A DNA stretch of 59,562 nt, filler included, from Dugesia japonica (GCA_001938525.1; 5 parts of 5 records of this genome joined end to end with filler, not necessarily neighbours in it), one strand, 5' to 3'; counted from the whole stretch's first letter, positions 38,434 through 50,420 are shown. The notes: generated by a model not told the origin, from the sequence alone. Program-made: numbers and translations.

Positions 38434-39711
38434 CTAGGATCTAATCATTCTAACATCCTCACCTTTAATATTTTCTACATACATTACTTTACCATTTGAT
38501 ATTTTCAATTCAACATGTTTCTCTTGAAGTATTAACCAATACAAATTACCACTTAATTCAGAATCTTTAGTTATATGACATGTTAAATCTACATTATTTA
38601 CAGTTAATTTTTCATCTTGTGCTGAACAATCAAAACAGAATATCGGATAAAAACTCATCCAATCTTTAATACTTAATTGAGGTTTTGTATTAAAAGCATT
38701 ACACATTTCTAAATACATTTGATATGGAAACATTACTTGATTATTACCTACATCAAATTCCACTCTACTATTTGGGTAATAAACATTATTTAATTGTAAT
38801 TGAATACTTTTTATATAATAATTAAATGTTTTATCTTCTTCTGCCCCAGCTACTTTTACTTTCTTAACAACACTTCGTTTTAATGAAAATAAATTATTAT
38901 TATTCTTATATGAATTAATTAAATGTTTAAATCCAACAATTACAAATCTAGGTCTATATGGTAAATTACCCATTTTAATTGAAAAACTAGTTCCTGTATT
39001 CATTGAACAATTTCCCATCTCTCTTTCCAAGAATGAAGCTTGAATAGGTTTACCTGTTGATAATCTTTCTAAATAACTCAATTCAGATTTTGGTGATAAA
39101 GTCCATTCAGGTATATGTAATTCCAAAGCATCAATTTGAATTTCAACTTTATCATCTGTACTTCCATAAAAAATCTTTTCATTCATTATTTCCCTATTAC
39201 AATCTAATTGAATAAAAGTATTAAATAATATTCTATTATAGTTTTGTAAAAACCCAAACAGATTTCTTAAAGGATAATAACCTTCATAACTATTTAAATA
39301 TAATTCTTGTCTCTTGATTGAACTATCTTTAATAAAATCTGGAATCCATCCATATGCTTGATGAGATTTTTCATTAGCTTTATCTATCAAAACTAAGTTA
39401 ATCATTGTAGAGGCTACATCTGGATAAGTTAATGATTCAATATAAGTCGATCCTATTTTTAATCTCATCTGTGAAAATAAAGCTGGAAAGAAATCATTTT
39501 CCAATGTAGTAGTTGGTTTTATATTTTTAAAACTAATTCTAAAATACATTTTGCTATTTCCTAAATCTAAAGGATTAGTATTTTGTAATGATTGAAATGA
39601 AATATCCCCATTCTGGTTTAAATTTACTATTGATCCAGCTGTAGGAGATATTTTCAACAAATCACATTTTGTTTGATTGTGAATAAAGTTTACATTAAAA
39701 TCTAGATCCAT
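38434..39711 (-). CDS. Double jelly-roll major capsid protein, family B
   Basis: Intact 425-aa ORF with LFSQMRLKIG..IE, PLRNLFGF..Y.RI, PRFVIVGF, LNNVYYP and PIFCFDCS.Q, the Polinton PY/MCP pattern. Confidence 0.88.
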   Translation of the reverse strand: MDLDFNVNFIHNQTKCDLLKISPTAGSIVNLNQNGDISFQSLQNTNPLDLGNSKMYFRISFKNIKPTTTLENDFFPALFSQMRLKIGSTYIESLTYPDVASTMINLVLIDKANEKSHQAYGWIPDFIKDSSIKRQELYLNSYEGYYPLRNLFGFLQNYNRILFNTFIQLDCNREIMNEKIFYGSTDDKVEIQIDALELHIPEWTLSPKSELSYLERLSTGKPIQASFLEREMGNCSMNTGTSFSIKMGNLPYRPRFVIVGFKHLINSYKNNNNLFSLKRSVVKKVKVAGAEEDKTFNYYIKSIQLQLNNVYYPNSRVEFDVGNNQVMFPYQMYLEMCNAFNTKPQLSIKDWMSFYPIFCFDCSAQDEKLTVNNVDLTCHITKDSELSGNLYWLILQEKHVELKISNGKVMYVENIKGEDVRMIRS

Positions 39712-39744
39712 TTTCTTTAATCACCATTTGATCTAGCTAATAAA

Positions 39745-39999
39745 TTACTTTTCATTATTGTAAAAAGTTTTATTTATCCATTCTTTTATTAATACTCTAT
39801 AATTGTAAAGTATAATACAAATTACAACTATTATTAAAAAAATAATAATCATTTTATAAAATTTTACTTCAGCTTTTAAATTAACAACCATTAATTGATA
39901 TTTAGATTTATTATCTTGTTCATTTTTTAATAATTTTTCCATCCCCACACTTAAATCACTCAATATACTTGAATCACTTGTTATTTCCTTATTCTCCAT
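39745..39999 (-). CDS. Small coiled-coil plus single-transmembrane protein
   Basis: Hydrophobic run MIIIFLIIVVICIILY; co-oriented and tightly packed within the element. Confidence 0.65.
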   Translation of the reverse strand: MENKEITSDSSILSDLSVGMEKLLKNEQDNKSKYQLMVVNLKAEVKFYKMIIIFLIIVVICIILYNYRVLIKEWINKTFYNNEK

Positions 40000-40015
40000 T
40001 TCTTTTACTTATTTT

Positions 40016-40288
40016 TTAAGAAAGACTATTAAAAAACTTTTCATCATTTTTTAAACTTTTTTCTAAATGATTTTTAGTCTGTTCTTTCATTTTATTAATC
40101 TTTCTATTATAATGTTTAGTTTTATTTATTTCTTTAAGTCTATATACTTCTCGCAAATTTTTTATTTCTTCTTCAGAATTATAATATACATTTTTCTTTT
40201 TAACCTCCCTCTCATATGCTTCTTTATAACTACGAAAACTAATGTATAAATCACAAAAAGATTTTTTTATTTCTTCTTCACCTTCCAT
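40016..40288 (-). CDS. Small charged hypothetical protein (90 aa)
   Basis: ATG-initiated, co-oriented and tightly packed; K/E-rich. Confidence 0.6.
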   Translation of the reverse strand: MEGEEEIKKSFCDLYISFRSYKEAYEREVKKKNVYYNSEEEIKNLREVYRLKEINKTKHYNRKINKMKEQTKNHLEKSLKNDEKFFNSLS

Positions 40289-40382
40289 TTATTTCAATTG
40301 TTCTTCCAAATCATTAAACACTTTATTAATAAATGTTTTATCTTTTAAAATTGTTTCCATTTCCTAAAGAAACTTTTTAGAA

Positions 40383-41060
40383 TTATTTAAAATCAGAATT
40401 TAATTCTAATTGACTTTTACATCTACTTATATACCTATTATAAAATTTAGCTTCTCTTTCCCCATCATTATTATTATTAAAAACATATTCATGATTATTT
40501 TCATCTTCATTATTATTAACAAGAATTTCAGGTTTTGCTGCTCCACCTTTTATATCTTCCATATTTTTTCCAACAGATTTAAATAATCCTTTAAAGTTTT
40601 CAGGTCTAAGTTTAGGATAATTCTGTCTATCATTTAAACAATTTATTAGCTTCATTTTCATTTTATCACTATTTTCTTCAATCTTTTCTCTTTCTGTTTT
40701 CTTTTGTTTAATAGGTTTATATTCTANNNNNNNNNNNNNNNNNNNNNNNNNNNNNNNNNNNNNNNNNNNNNNNNNNNNNNNNNNNNNNNNNNNNNNNNNN
40801 NNNNNNNNNNNNNNTTTTTTCTTTTTAGCTTCAGGGATTAAATCCATTTTTCTTAATACAACATTCATTTCTCTTGTACTAACTCCAATCTTTTGGGATA
40901 ACTCACTTGGCTTTAAAGATAAATTTTTATCAATTATTTCCAAATATTTAGTTAATATAATTTTTTCTTTAATATTTAAATTACCACCATCTTTATTTAT
41001 ATCTATTTTATATTCAACCTCCATTTTATATAGAAAAAATTTAAGCTTTTGGTTTTCCAT
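40383..41060 (-). CDS. Putative helix-turn-helix DNA-binding protein (first gene of the element)
   Basis: LSLKPSELSQKIGVSTREMNVVLRKM fits an HTH pattern and is followed by a basic stretch; contains an N gap. Confidence 0.6.
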   Translation of the reverse strand: MENQKLKFFLYKMEVEYKIDINKDGGNLNIKEKIILTKYLEIIDKNLSLKPSELSQKIGVSTREMNVVLRKMDLIPEAKKKKXXXXXXXXXXXXXXXXXXXXXXXXXXXXXXEYKPIKQKKTEREKIEENSDKMKMKLINCLNDRQNYPKLRPENFKGLFKSVGKNMEDIKGGAAKPEILVNNNEDENNHEYVFNNNNDGEREAKFYNRYISRCKSQLELNSDFK

Positions 41061-41080
41061 TTTTTTTTACCCATATTCCA

Positions 41081-41170
41081 GCGACAAGTGACGACAAGTG
41101 GCGACAAGTAGCGACAGGTGGCGACAGGTGGCGACAAGTGACGACAAGTGACGAAAATTAGCGACAGCTG
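41081..41170. repeat. Nine tandem 10-bp units RCGACARGTG, candidate regulatory array
   Basis: gcgacaagtg/acgacaagtg/gcgacaggtg units located 20 bp upstream of the first ATG (41060), on this end only. Confidence 0.9.
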
Positions 41171-41206
41171 GCTAAACTAAGAAAACTAAGGAAAAAGTAA
41201 AAAAAA

Positions 41207-41573
41207 CTACAAAATACAAAATACAAACTACAAACTACAAGCTACAAGCTACAAGCTACAAGCTACAAGCTAAAACAAAACTAAAATTTCAATATAATTT
41301 TTTGTCCATGCATTTTTGTCTAAAAACATTTGGTCCTAGCTTATAAACAAGTTTTTATTTTAAAATTTCATTATTTATCATTACGGGTAAAAAACAATCC
41401 TGGGTATATTTTCAACTTTTTAATATCTTGTTATTTTTTATCATTTTTATCTCTTTTCACTATTTTTTTTACCACTTTTTCACAGTTTGCAAATCGGCAT
41501 CGACAACCATAAAAAATATCAAAATTTTATGGCTATGGGGGTCTAGGCCTAATCGCGCTATTTTACATCTACT
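41207..41573 (-). repeat. Right terminal inverted repeat
   Basis: Reverse complement of the left TIR; ends ...TTTTACATCTACT. Confidence 0.95.
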
Positions 41574-41933
41574 GACGTGTACGCGTTGAACCTTCAGTAT
41601 TTGCTGGTCATCAATTAGGATTAAATAAGAAAAATGCAATTTATCCAATAAGAAAGAAGGAAATTGTTGCGTTTGCAATTAGTAAAGATAGTACATCATT
41701 TTATAAGGAGCAAATATTTGGCGATCGTCGTTTACCCAACTTTCTTTTAATTGGATTTCAAAATGGAGATCAATATAATGGTAGTTATAAAGCATCAACT
41801 TCAACATTTAAACATTTAAATGCTACTTCCATATCTTTATCGAAAAACATTGATTATCAAGAGACATATATTCAAGATTTTCAAAACGACGATTATAGTA
41901 CAACATATATGCAAAGTGTTGTTCGAAATATGG
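41574..41933 (+). pseudogene. Polinton major capsid gene, family A, 3' continuation after the nested element (begins with the TSD)
   Basis: RVRVEPSVFAGHQLGLNKKNAIYPIRKKEIVAFAI...QIFGDRRLPNFLLIGFQNGDQYNGSY, in frame with DAKLMVR on the left flank. Confidence 0.9.
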
Positions 41934-42033
41934 NNNNNNNNNNNNNNNNNNNNNNNNNNNNNNNNNNNNNNNNNNNNTTAATTAATTAANNNNNNNNNNN
42001 NNNNNNNNNNNNNNNNNNNNNNNNNNNNNNNNN
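41934..42033. other. Artificial contig spacer
   Basis: 44N-TTAATTAATTAA-44N. Confidence 0.95.
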
Positions 42034-44494
42034 ACCTCGTCATAAAATAAAGCATCCAGCCTATGTGGAACTCCAACATTATTATTATTATTATAAAAGT
42101 CACCAGCTGTTATCGAAAATCAATCACCTTAATTATTATTTTAAATTGTAAGTATTTACTTCCTCACAGTAACAATCGACCGGTTAACTCTGATTTACTC
42201 AATTTCGAACAAAACAGTAGTTAAATATTTCAACCGATTGGTTTGCATAAAATTTCCAGCGACCCTTGTCGCGATTAAATTGTTATTAATAAAAATAATA
42301 TTTATTATTAAATAATGAAGCTGATTTTTCGGGCTAAGGATAATACCATGAATATACAAAATAATACAATATGATTATAAAAGTAACAGATAATATTAAA
42401 AGAGATACTACTACGAATGATAACGAAAAACTAATAAATTCTTTAAATATCTATCTCCCAAATTTTATACAAAGTTATTTCTAGCTTTCTATCGTAATAA
42501 ATACTCAATAATAAATCTTTTAATATTTCGTATTAATAATTCTACAATTAATATTTCAATTTCTATTTTATAATTATCATAAAACTAATTATTACTACTA
42601 TCAAAAGATATAAACCTAACCTGACTTTATAATCTATTAATATTCATTTTCGGAAATACATCTAATTCTGTCTACACAAACCAGTTTATATGCGGTCTTT
42701 TTTNNNNNNTTTTTTTGTGCTGTATATGAAAATTTCATATATTCTTATACCGCACAAAAGCAGTTTTGAGTGTATTTAATTTTATATAATAATTTATGTT
42801 TTTTCTACTCATTTCTATAATTCTACTACTATTAATATTTATAATTGTAAATATTTATATTCCTTAATGATAATTTTATATTATAAATGATTAATATTTG
42901 GGTCTGATTAAGGGCATCATTCCTCTATTAGATGATTTTTCGTGAATAAATGTAATAAATGATGTNNNNNNNNNNNNNNNNNNNNNNNNNNNNNNNNNNN
43001 NNNNNNNNNNNNNNNNNNNNNNNNNNNNNNNNNNNNNNNNNNNNNNNNNNNNNNNNNNNNNNNNNNNNNNNNNNNNNNNNNNNNNNNNNNNAATTTAATT
43101 TATTAGTTTTCTATTGTGTTTCTTTAAAATAAATTTATTTAAAATTACTTCTACTTTATTATTATTATTTTTATTTGAATTGGTATTTAAATATGAAAAT
43201 AGTTGCTTATTTACAAAAATAATTATACAATATTGAAAGTGGCATTTAAAGGTCGATAACTAATGCGGCCTCCTTCATTACAGCCTGATTTAAATATTGG
43301 CTGTAAGAGTAAAACGGTTCCCCATCTATGTAAATTGCTATCTAATATAAATGGAAATAAAACTATTTTAATGTTCTGATATTAATCCAATTGAATCTAT
43401 TGAATAGATCAATGATTGCGCCTGAAGAATTTTACAATATTGGACACCTATAAACGTAGGAAATCCATAGAGCGAAAAAGAATCTGTTGTGACATCAAAT
43501 TATTTAATTTTTGTATAATATTGATGCTATAATATGCACAAATTTTATAACTAATAATAATAAGAAACTGTCATACTACAAAAGACTCTTGAGACATTTT
43601 CTTTTGAGTATCGAAGGGGAGTGGATCGACAAGCAGTCATCAATGAAAAGGTTGAGAAGTTTTGTTAATCTCAGGAATTTAACCAGGAATGAATAACTGG
43701 GAAAGATATAATTAACCCATAAATTAAAAATATGCATAATTATAGAACAATATTTTAATTTTGGGCGCCGTGGAAAAATTTTGATTTTCTAGGAGCACCA
43801 CGAATGGAAAATCTTTTGGAACCTCTTCAGTAGACGAATAATACTTTTGAAAATATTTGTAATTTCAATTAAATATGCAAAATAACATTTTATACCAAAT
43901 CCAAGTTTCTCTAATATTTTTACCATTGGAATTTAGACTCAAGAGGACCTAAATCATACCTTGTATTCTCAAGAAGATTTTGAAAAATTTAAAAAGGAAT
44001 ATAAAGAAATTCATCCAGATTTAAACATGGAGGTCTAATTTTTATTATTGTAAATACGTTATTTATCGATATTTAAGGTTATCGATAATTTAGAAAAGGA
44101 GGTTCCTGATAAATTATGAAAAATTCTGTTGTTGATATTTATTTTTGTCTCTTTTTAATATGTGATGTCTTGTCTTGATACATAGTTATTGCATTTAATA
44201 TTTATATAATTATTTTGACTATTTTACGTCAGTTTTGTGATAAATGTTGTATTGAAATATATTTTACTACAATTTTCTCAGTTCATTTAAAATATGTACT
44301 AATTAGATGGGGAAAAAATTACTTGCCAAGAATAACAAAATTTGCGCGCTTATTAGGATATACGAAGCTAGTATTTAAAATCTTTTCAGGCATTTTTCTC
44401 GAAAAGGTTTGTGTTAGAAAAAAATTATTCTTGAAGTTTAACTAATATTTTAACCGTTTTTGTCTCGTTTTATCTTAGCTTATTTAAGAGTATA

Positions 44495-44760
44495 TGCTTA
44501 TATGTTCAAAATGTCCACCATTTATAAGCATTTCTGTATTCACCTTTCCAAATTCTAATGTAACTAAAACTAAATCTAATTCTTTGTTTTATATTTGCAA
44601 TGGTAGTATATCTCAGAAAGTAATCTAACTCATACTTGTTTTTATACGTCACAATATGCCTACTTTTGTAATCTATTGATCCAGTTGTGCAGTCTTTTCT
44701 AATAGTGTAAATACTCCTTTAAAAATCCAAAGTAAAGTGATGAGTTTTGGGTCTCTTCGA
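44495..44760 (-). pseudogene. Tc1/mariner-superfamily transposase C-terminal remnant
   Basis: LER*IQKCL..NGGHFEHI resembles the GGHFEHLL C-terminus; otherwise heavily decayed. Confidence 0.35.
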
Positions 44761-47700
44761 TTCTTTTCGTGCTCGATCCTCGCAACTTTGTTTCATCTTT
44801 TTCTCGTCTGGGTGGTAAATCCCTGAACCGTAAATATTTTGGAATACCATTTTTGTCAGGTTCTTCTACGAGTTCATTTGATCGTTGTTAAAACCAATTT
44901 TTAAGATTATAGGTGGTAATAATAAAATAAAGAATCAATGGCTTCGGAATCTAACACTCAATGAATTCTGCAGCATAATTGATAAAGCCTCATTACTGTA
45001 TACATTAGTATGTACATCGTAGTAATATGAAATCTATTTGATATTTTTAATAATCATGAGAATAATTAACTTTAATTTTTATGTTATTTTTAAAATTATA
45101 ATTTTATCTACATTTTATTGTTTGGCCCTTATTAATACTACATTCTAATATTATACCTTTTAATTGATAAATGAACATCCTTATGCCCCTAGTTATTTAT
45201 GTTACATAATATTTAATATAATTAAAATTTTAAATTTAATTTTCGACAATTTCCTATTTTTTTACTCCATGTAACCTAAAAGAGTGCTTTTTGTTTATTT
45301 AGTGATCTGTGGTCTTCCGTTTCCTTATCTATTTCTTATAACATGTCGATAGCAACGAGACCCTATTGTTTATTCATGTNNNNNNNNNNNNNNNNNNNNN
45401 NNNNNNNNNNNNNNNNNNNNNNNNNNNNNNNNNNNNNNNNNNNNNNNNNNNNNNNNNNNNNNNNNNNNNNNNNNNNNNNNNNNNNNNNNNNNNNNNNNNN
45501 NNNNNNNNNNNNNNNNNNNNNNNNNNNNNNNNNNNNNNNNNNNNNNNNNNNNNNNNNNNNNNNNNNNNNNNNNNNNNNNNNNNNNNNNNNNNNNNNNNTC
45601 AGCCGCTTTTAGTGTCGATCTTACCTAAGAGAAACTATATCTTTACCTTAATGTTTATAATTTTTCTTACTTATCTATGGCGGGTTCTCAGTGATGCTTC
45701 ACACATCTTTTCAGTCATTTATTTATATGATAATTTCCATAATATAATAGTTAATATAAATATATAAATATATAGTTAAGATAAATAGTTAATATTGATT
45801 GGTTTTATTTTTTTATATAAATTGAGTTAAAAAATAGGTAGAGTTCTGATTTACACTGTCAATCAACACTATGGCAATCGACATCCGGTAATTATTGGAT
45901 TTTCTTTGTAATTTATTTAATTATTATTTGATATTATAAAATTTTGTTTAATCACCATTTTACTATCTTTGCGGTATCGCATCTTAACTTTCTCTTCCAT
46001 GAACCCCAACTACAATCTCTCTCATTTGCTCAGTATTTACTCCTCATAAATTATGATCAATAGAAATGGTCATACATAACCGTTAATAAATTTGACGAAA
46101 ACCAACATAACATAGAGAACTATTTATTAAATCAGAGTATCCCGTGTCCAAATCCACCGTGGAATCAGCCTCACGCGGTTCTTCCGGTGGACTTCGATAT
46201 AACAGCCACAGGGTTCGCAAATTATTGAAAGCTGTCGCTTCTCGGTAAACTTATACATTGATAATTTCAGCCATTAATCGGTTGGCCTGCTGCAGCGCCA
46301 ACTCCTTCTCTTTCAGCTGCTGATACTTGGCCGCCTGTTTTGTTGCCTGGCCCTTTAATTGCAGCACCTCGTTCCGCAGCTCTCGGCGCTCTTCTTTCCA
46401 TTTCTTTTGCATTGTGATTACCTCTTTCATGGATATATTGTTGTCTGGTGTTCGATTCACTAAATCATAAGAGAGATTTTAAAAATTTACTACTCAATGA
46501 AATAATAGCTGAAATAAAATAAAAAAAATCTTATATCTGCTTTGATTATTATCAAAGTTTAATAAAATTGCTACTTCCTCTTTTACAGCTAACAATGAAA
46601 ATACCAATGAACAGAAACGAAGTCCATCCGAAGAGTGCGAACCATCAGAATAATTATGATAATGTGACTCTGTGTAGGCCCAATGAATATAATAATGATG
46701 AATTTTTCAAAAATCCGATTGTTTTGTAAGAAACCTTGAATATTACAAATGCAGATATTTGTAAAAAAGAAAAACCACTTTATGAAAACAAAATAATAAT
46801 AATAAATTAATTTTTTATAGATAAAATTGATCATCGTGATTGTCAATACATTTCACTGCGTAAAATCACATTTATTCATGCACCGATCGCCTGATAAAAA
46901 TTTTCCTGGTCCTCTCTTTTATGATAAACTAACACAATTTAATCTCAGTAGTGAACAAGCCAAAATTATTCATTCACTGCCTCTGCAGATCATGGTGACA
47001 TACATATCACTTTCTTCACCTTGATGAAAAATCAATTACACAGAAAAAATCAAACAAAATCTCTCAATTAAACAATTTGGGCACATTTATTTCTCGCATA
47101 CAACATATAATTTTGCGACGGAAACGCTCAGGCCCATCAGATCTCTCATAATCGCCTGGTCTTCTTCTTAAGCCTGTTATTCAACCGTTTCATTCTCAGA
47201 TAGGCTAATTTTCAAATCTGCTACTGTCGAGTTATCTGTCACAGTTGCTCCTAGCTCGGTATCTTCGATAGTTGCCATTTGACTATCTCGTTGTGTCATG
47301 AGCAGCTGCAAATTGGCTTCTTTAATTACGAGTTGCAGATTGTCCATGTCCAGAACTGCTCTCAAACTGTCTAATTATTTGGCAGAATGTTTTTTCTCGT
47401 CTTTTAACATCCCTTGTAGCTTTGAGCACTCGATGTAGAATCGACCTCTTCAATCTATGTGCGGCCAAATGTAACGGGGCCTTCTGCTAGCTTTCTTGGT
47501 ATTAAGCATCTAGGAAATTTAATATGATCAGTTTCATTCAGATTACAATTACAAAAATAATAATCGCTAGATGAAAATAGAAACACTTTAATTCAAAGAA
47601 ATTACAATCTAATCAAAAGTATACCAATATACAAATTTTCCTACAAGTCATGGAGCATACAAATATCAGTAAGAAGTAAACAGAAAACAGCCTTACTAGT

Positions 47701-50021
47701 ACATCCTGACCGACAAATCGAGTGCGATACCAGAAGACGTTATCCAAAAAGAATGACAAGGAATCTAAATCCTCAATATCAATAAAGCAAATGGAGGAAT
47801 GTGATATATATAAATTCTAATAAGATTTAAATATATCGAAATTCAAATTATTGAATATTTAAAATTAAATATTCAAAATATTAAAATGAATTAGATTTGT
47901 TTTAATATTGCTGTTTTATGAAATATAATTTTAACTTGTTAATCATCTTATTATTTAATATCTACATTTATATAACAATACTAATAATGTTACTAACATA
48001 ATCAAGAGTAGTGCTGACGGCATCAATAATGATAATGCAAAAGAAACTATGATATAATAACATTTATAAGGTTGACCATTTTAAAATAATTGGCTAATAA
48101 TAACTTCGACAAAAATAACAATAATAATAATAATAATAACGATAAAAATCGTAATAACCTAATTAAATTGTCGATGACAGGGTTAGAACATTGAACTGGG
48201 TTCAAACATAGTGGCAAAGTGTAAACTAAATAAATAATGTTATATAATACTGACTGCTATCGGAACGGATTAGTTATGCCGGATTTATTCACGGCATTTA
48301 ATGCGTTTCATGTTTCATTCCCTGACAACGAGCTACAGGTGACGCAACTATTTGAGGTCAATCTTACCGAGTTCCTTAATGCCTATAAGCGAGAAAATTA
48401 CTGTCTGGGTATTAATGACAGAGAGAATAGATGATGATAGTAAAATTAATGATATTAATTAAACCTAATCGTTGGTAATTTTATAATAATAACAATGATG
48501 ACAGGAATAATAATAATAATAATAATNNNNNNAATAATAATAATAATAATAATTACGGTAATAGTACCAATAATAATAACGATGATAATAGCAAAATTAG
48601 CGACAACAAATATTAATGATAATAAAAGTGCTTGCAAGAATAATAATATTCATCATGATGTTAATATTGTTTAATAAATTAATAATTAGTGTTACAACGC
48701 AAACTAGTATAGATATATTAATGATAACTATGACAACCTTTCTCTCTAGCGAGTGCCAAATTTTGTTTTAATATTTTAACTGGAATTGCATGTTTACCTT
48801 TGACGCTACTTGCCATTTGGTTCTCTATTTAAATGCTGGATGCTACTCGATGAGGATTAATATATGATTGTAATGCAGTAAAAATGATAAACATTCTTTT
48901 TCAGTTTGGCTAGGTAAACGTAACAACAATCGGCAATATTTTAATTAATTTTCCTAAAAAGGAAAAGTCACTTTTATCCCACAACACGTGTGTTCAATAA
49001 TTTCTAATACATTTAATAACTAACGCAGATGTGACTATGTTAATCGTTTCCTGCAGCGTGTGCATATGGTTGGATCAATTCTAACGACATCTGGTCAGCT
49101 GAGTAACAGGGAGAACTTTTTCTACACTAGTTATTCGAATGATATCATGTTTTATTTTAGTGGTATAAGTAATAATTGGTGCCGAGATAGTAAACGGATT
49201 ATGTTAGACATATATGCGATATAATAGATGAATACGCTGCTAGTAAAATCACAAATTTTCTTTTTAGAGTCTTGATGCCTNNNNNNNNNNNNNNNNNNNN
49301 NNNNNNNNNNNNNNNNNNNNNNNNNNNNNNCGACTTAATGAAATATTAAAATAACATAATTAAATATGAACAACAATTACTTGTAAATATTGTCAAATCT
49401 GCATCGGTTAAAATCCTGTAAATAACTTGTCGATAGATTTTTTGAAATATCAGTTTAGAGCTATTACAGCTAGTGATTAATAAATTTTTAAGGAATATTT
49501 TGTCTAAAGTTCAAGAGTTTTAAATACCTTTCTGATCGTCCCCCGATTCCTCTCTAGTTGGTCAGTTTATTTTTATTTTCTTTTTTGGCTTTCTGATTGG
49601 TTCTTATTCTCAAAATTTAAATTTTTCTAACNNNNNNNNNNNNNNNNNNNNNNNNNNNNNNNNNNNNNNNNNNNNNNNNNNNNNNNNNNNNNNNNNNNNN
49701 NNNNNNNNNNNNNNNNNNNNNNNNNNNNNNAAAGTTATTTGTTTTTTTCTCTTTCTCTGTTAATTGACCTTTCTTTATTTGCACTAAATAATTACAAAAA
49801 AATTTATTTTTCTTGATTTATTTTTATTAATTTTAAATAAGTTTAAATCATTTTCGTATACTTCCTTGATGAAGGAAGTGACTGTAAGTATCCATTATTA
49901 CTTTCTGTTTCTTATTGTTTGATGGTTCNNNNNNNNNNNNNNNNNNNNNATATTGTTGCCAAGATAATTTGTTACATATTACTTTCTGTACTACTGGTGA
50001 AATAGTTACGTTACCAACCCA

Positions 50022-50420
50022 TTAGTTTTCTACTTTTAAATATATTTCCCTAATAGCTTTGGTATCTTCAAATGTCGAATGTTCCTCCTTTTGTATTTTC
50101 ATTCCGCATATTTCTTGAGCAAGAGATTTTAAGCTATTCAAATCCCCACAACTTTTTTATTTTATTTTATTTGATTGAAAATCGTTTCCATTTGCGAAAC
50201 GATTTTTCCAATCCCTTATTCCCATCAATTAATATTTAGAAATATGTAGGCAGCTTAATTCTAAAGTGAGGTTATGTCCCATTAGGATCTTTCCCGTTAC
50301 CATCCGTTGTACTCACTGGATCACTTTATATTCGTCTTCTTTATTTCTTGACTATTTTTCTGTAATTCCATGGAATCTCTACCCAAAATCCAAAATTCTT
50401 CCTCTCAGGGTTATTTTTCT
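50022..50420 (-). pseudogene. DEDDh 3'-5' exonuclease (REXO4/ISG20-like) remnant
   Basis: HGITEK*...VQRMVTGKILMGHNL...IRD...SLKSLAQEICGMKIQKEEHSTFEDTKAIREIY matches the ExoII/ExoIII pattern; several stops, and ExoI is not seen. Confidence 0.7.

Larger units (their letters stand above)
30744..41573 (-). mobile_element. Polinton/Maverick (adintovirus-like) element with both termini, 10,830 bp, family B
   Basis: 5'-AGTAG...CTACT-3' termini, long TIRs and a 6-bp TSD; encodes pPolB, protease, penton, PZ-like protein, packaging ATPase, integrase and MCP. Confidence 0.97.

Noticed and set aside
41081-41170. CRISPR-like array
   Set aside because: Contiguous 10-bp units with no unique spacers, no cas genes, and a eukaryotic context.
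10358-41989. TTAATTAATTAA recurring about every 10 kb as a possible biological repeat
   Set aside because: Always centred in exactly 44N+12+44N; this is a six-frame-stop assembly linker.
43200-43500. Possible Tc1 remnant (SDINPIES-like)
   Set aside because: A single short motif without supporting DDE context or TIRs.
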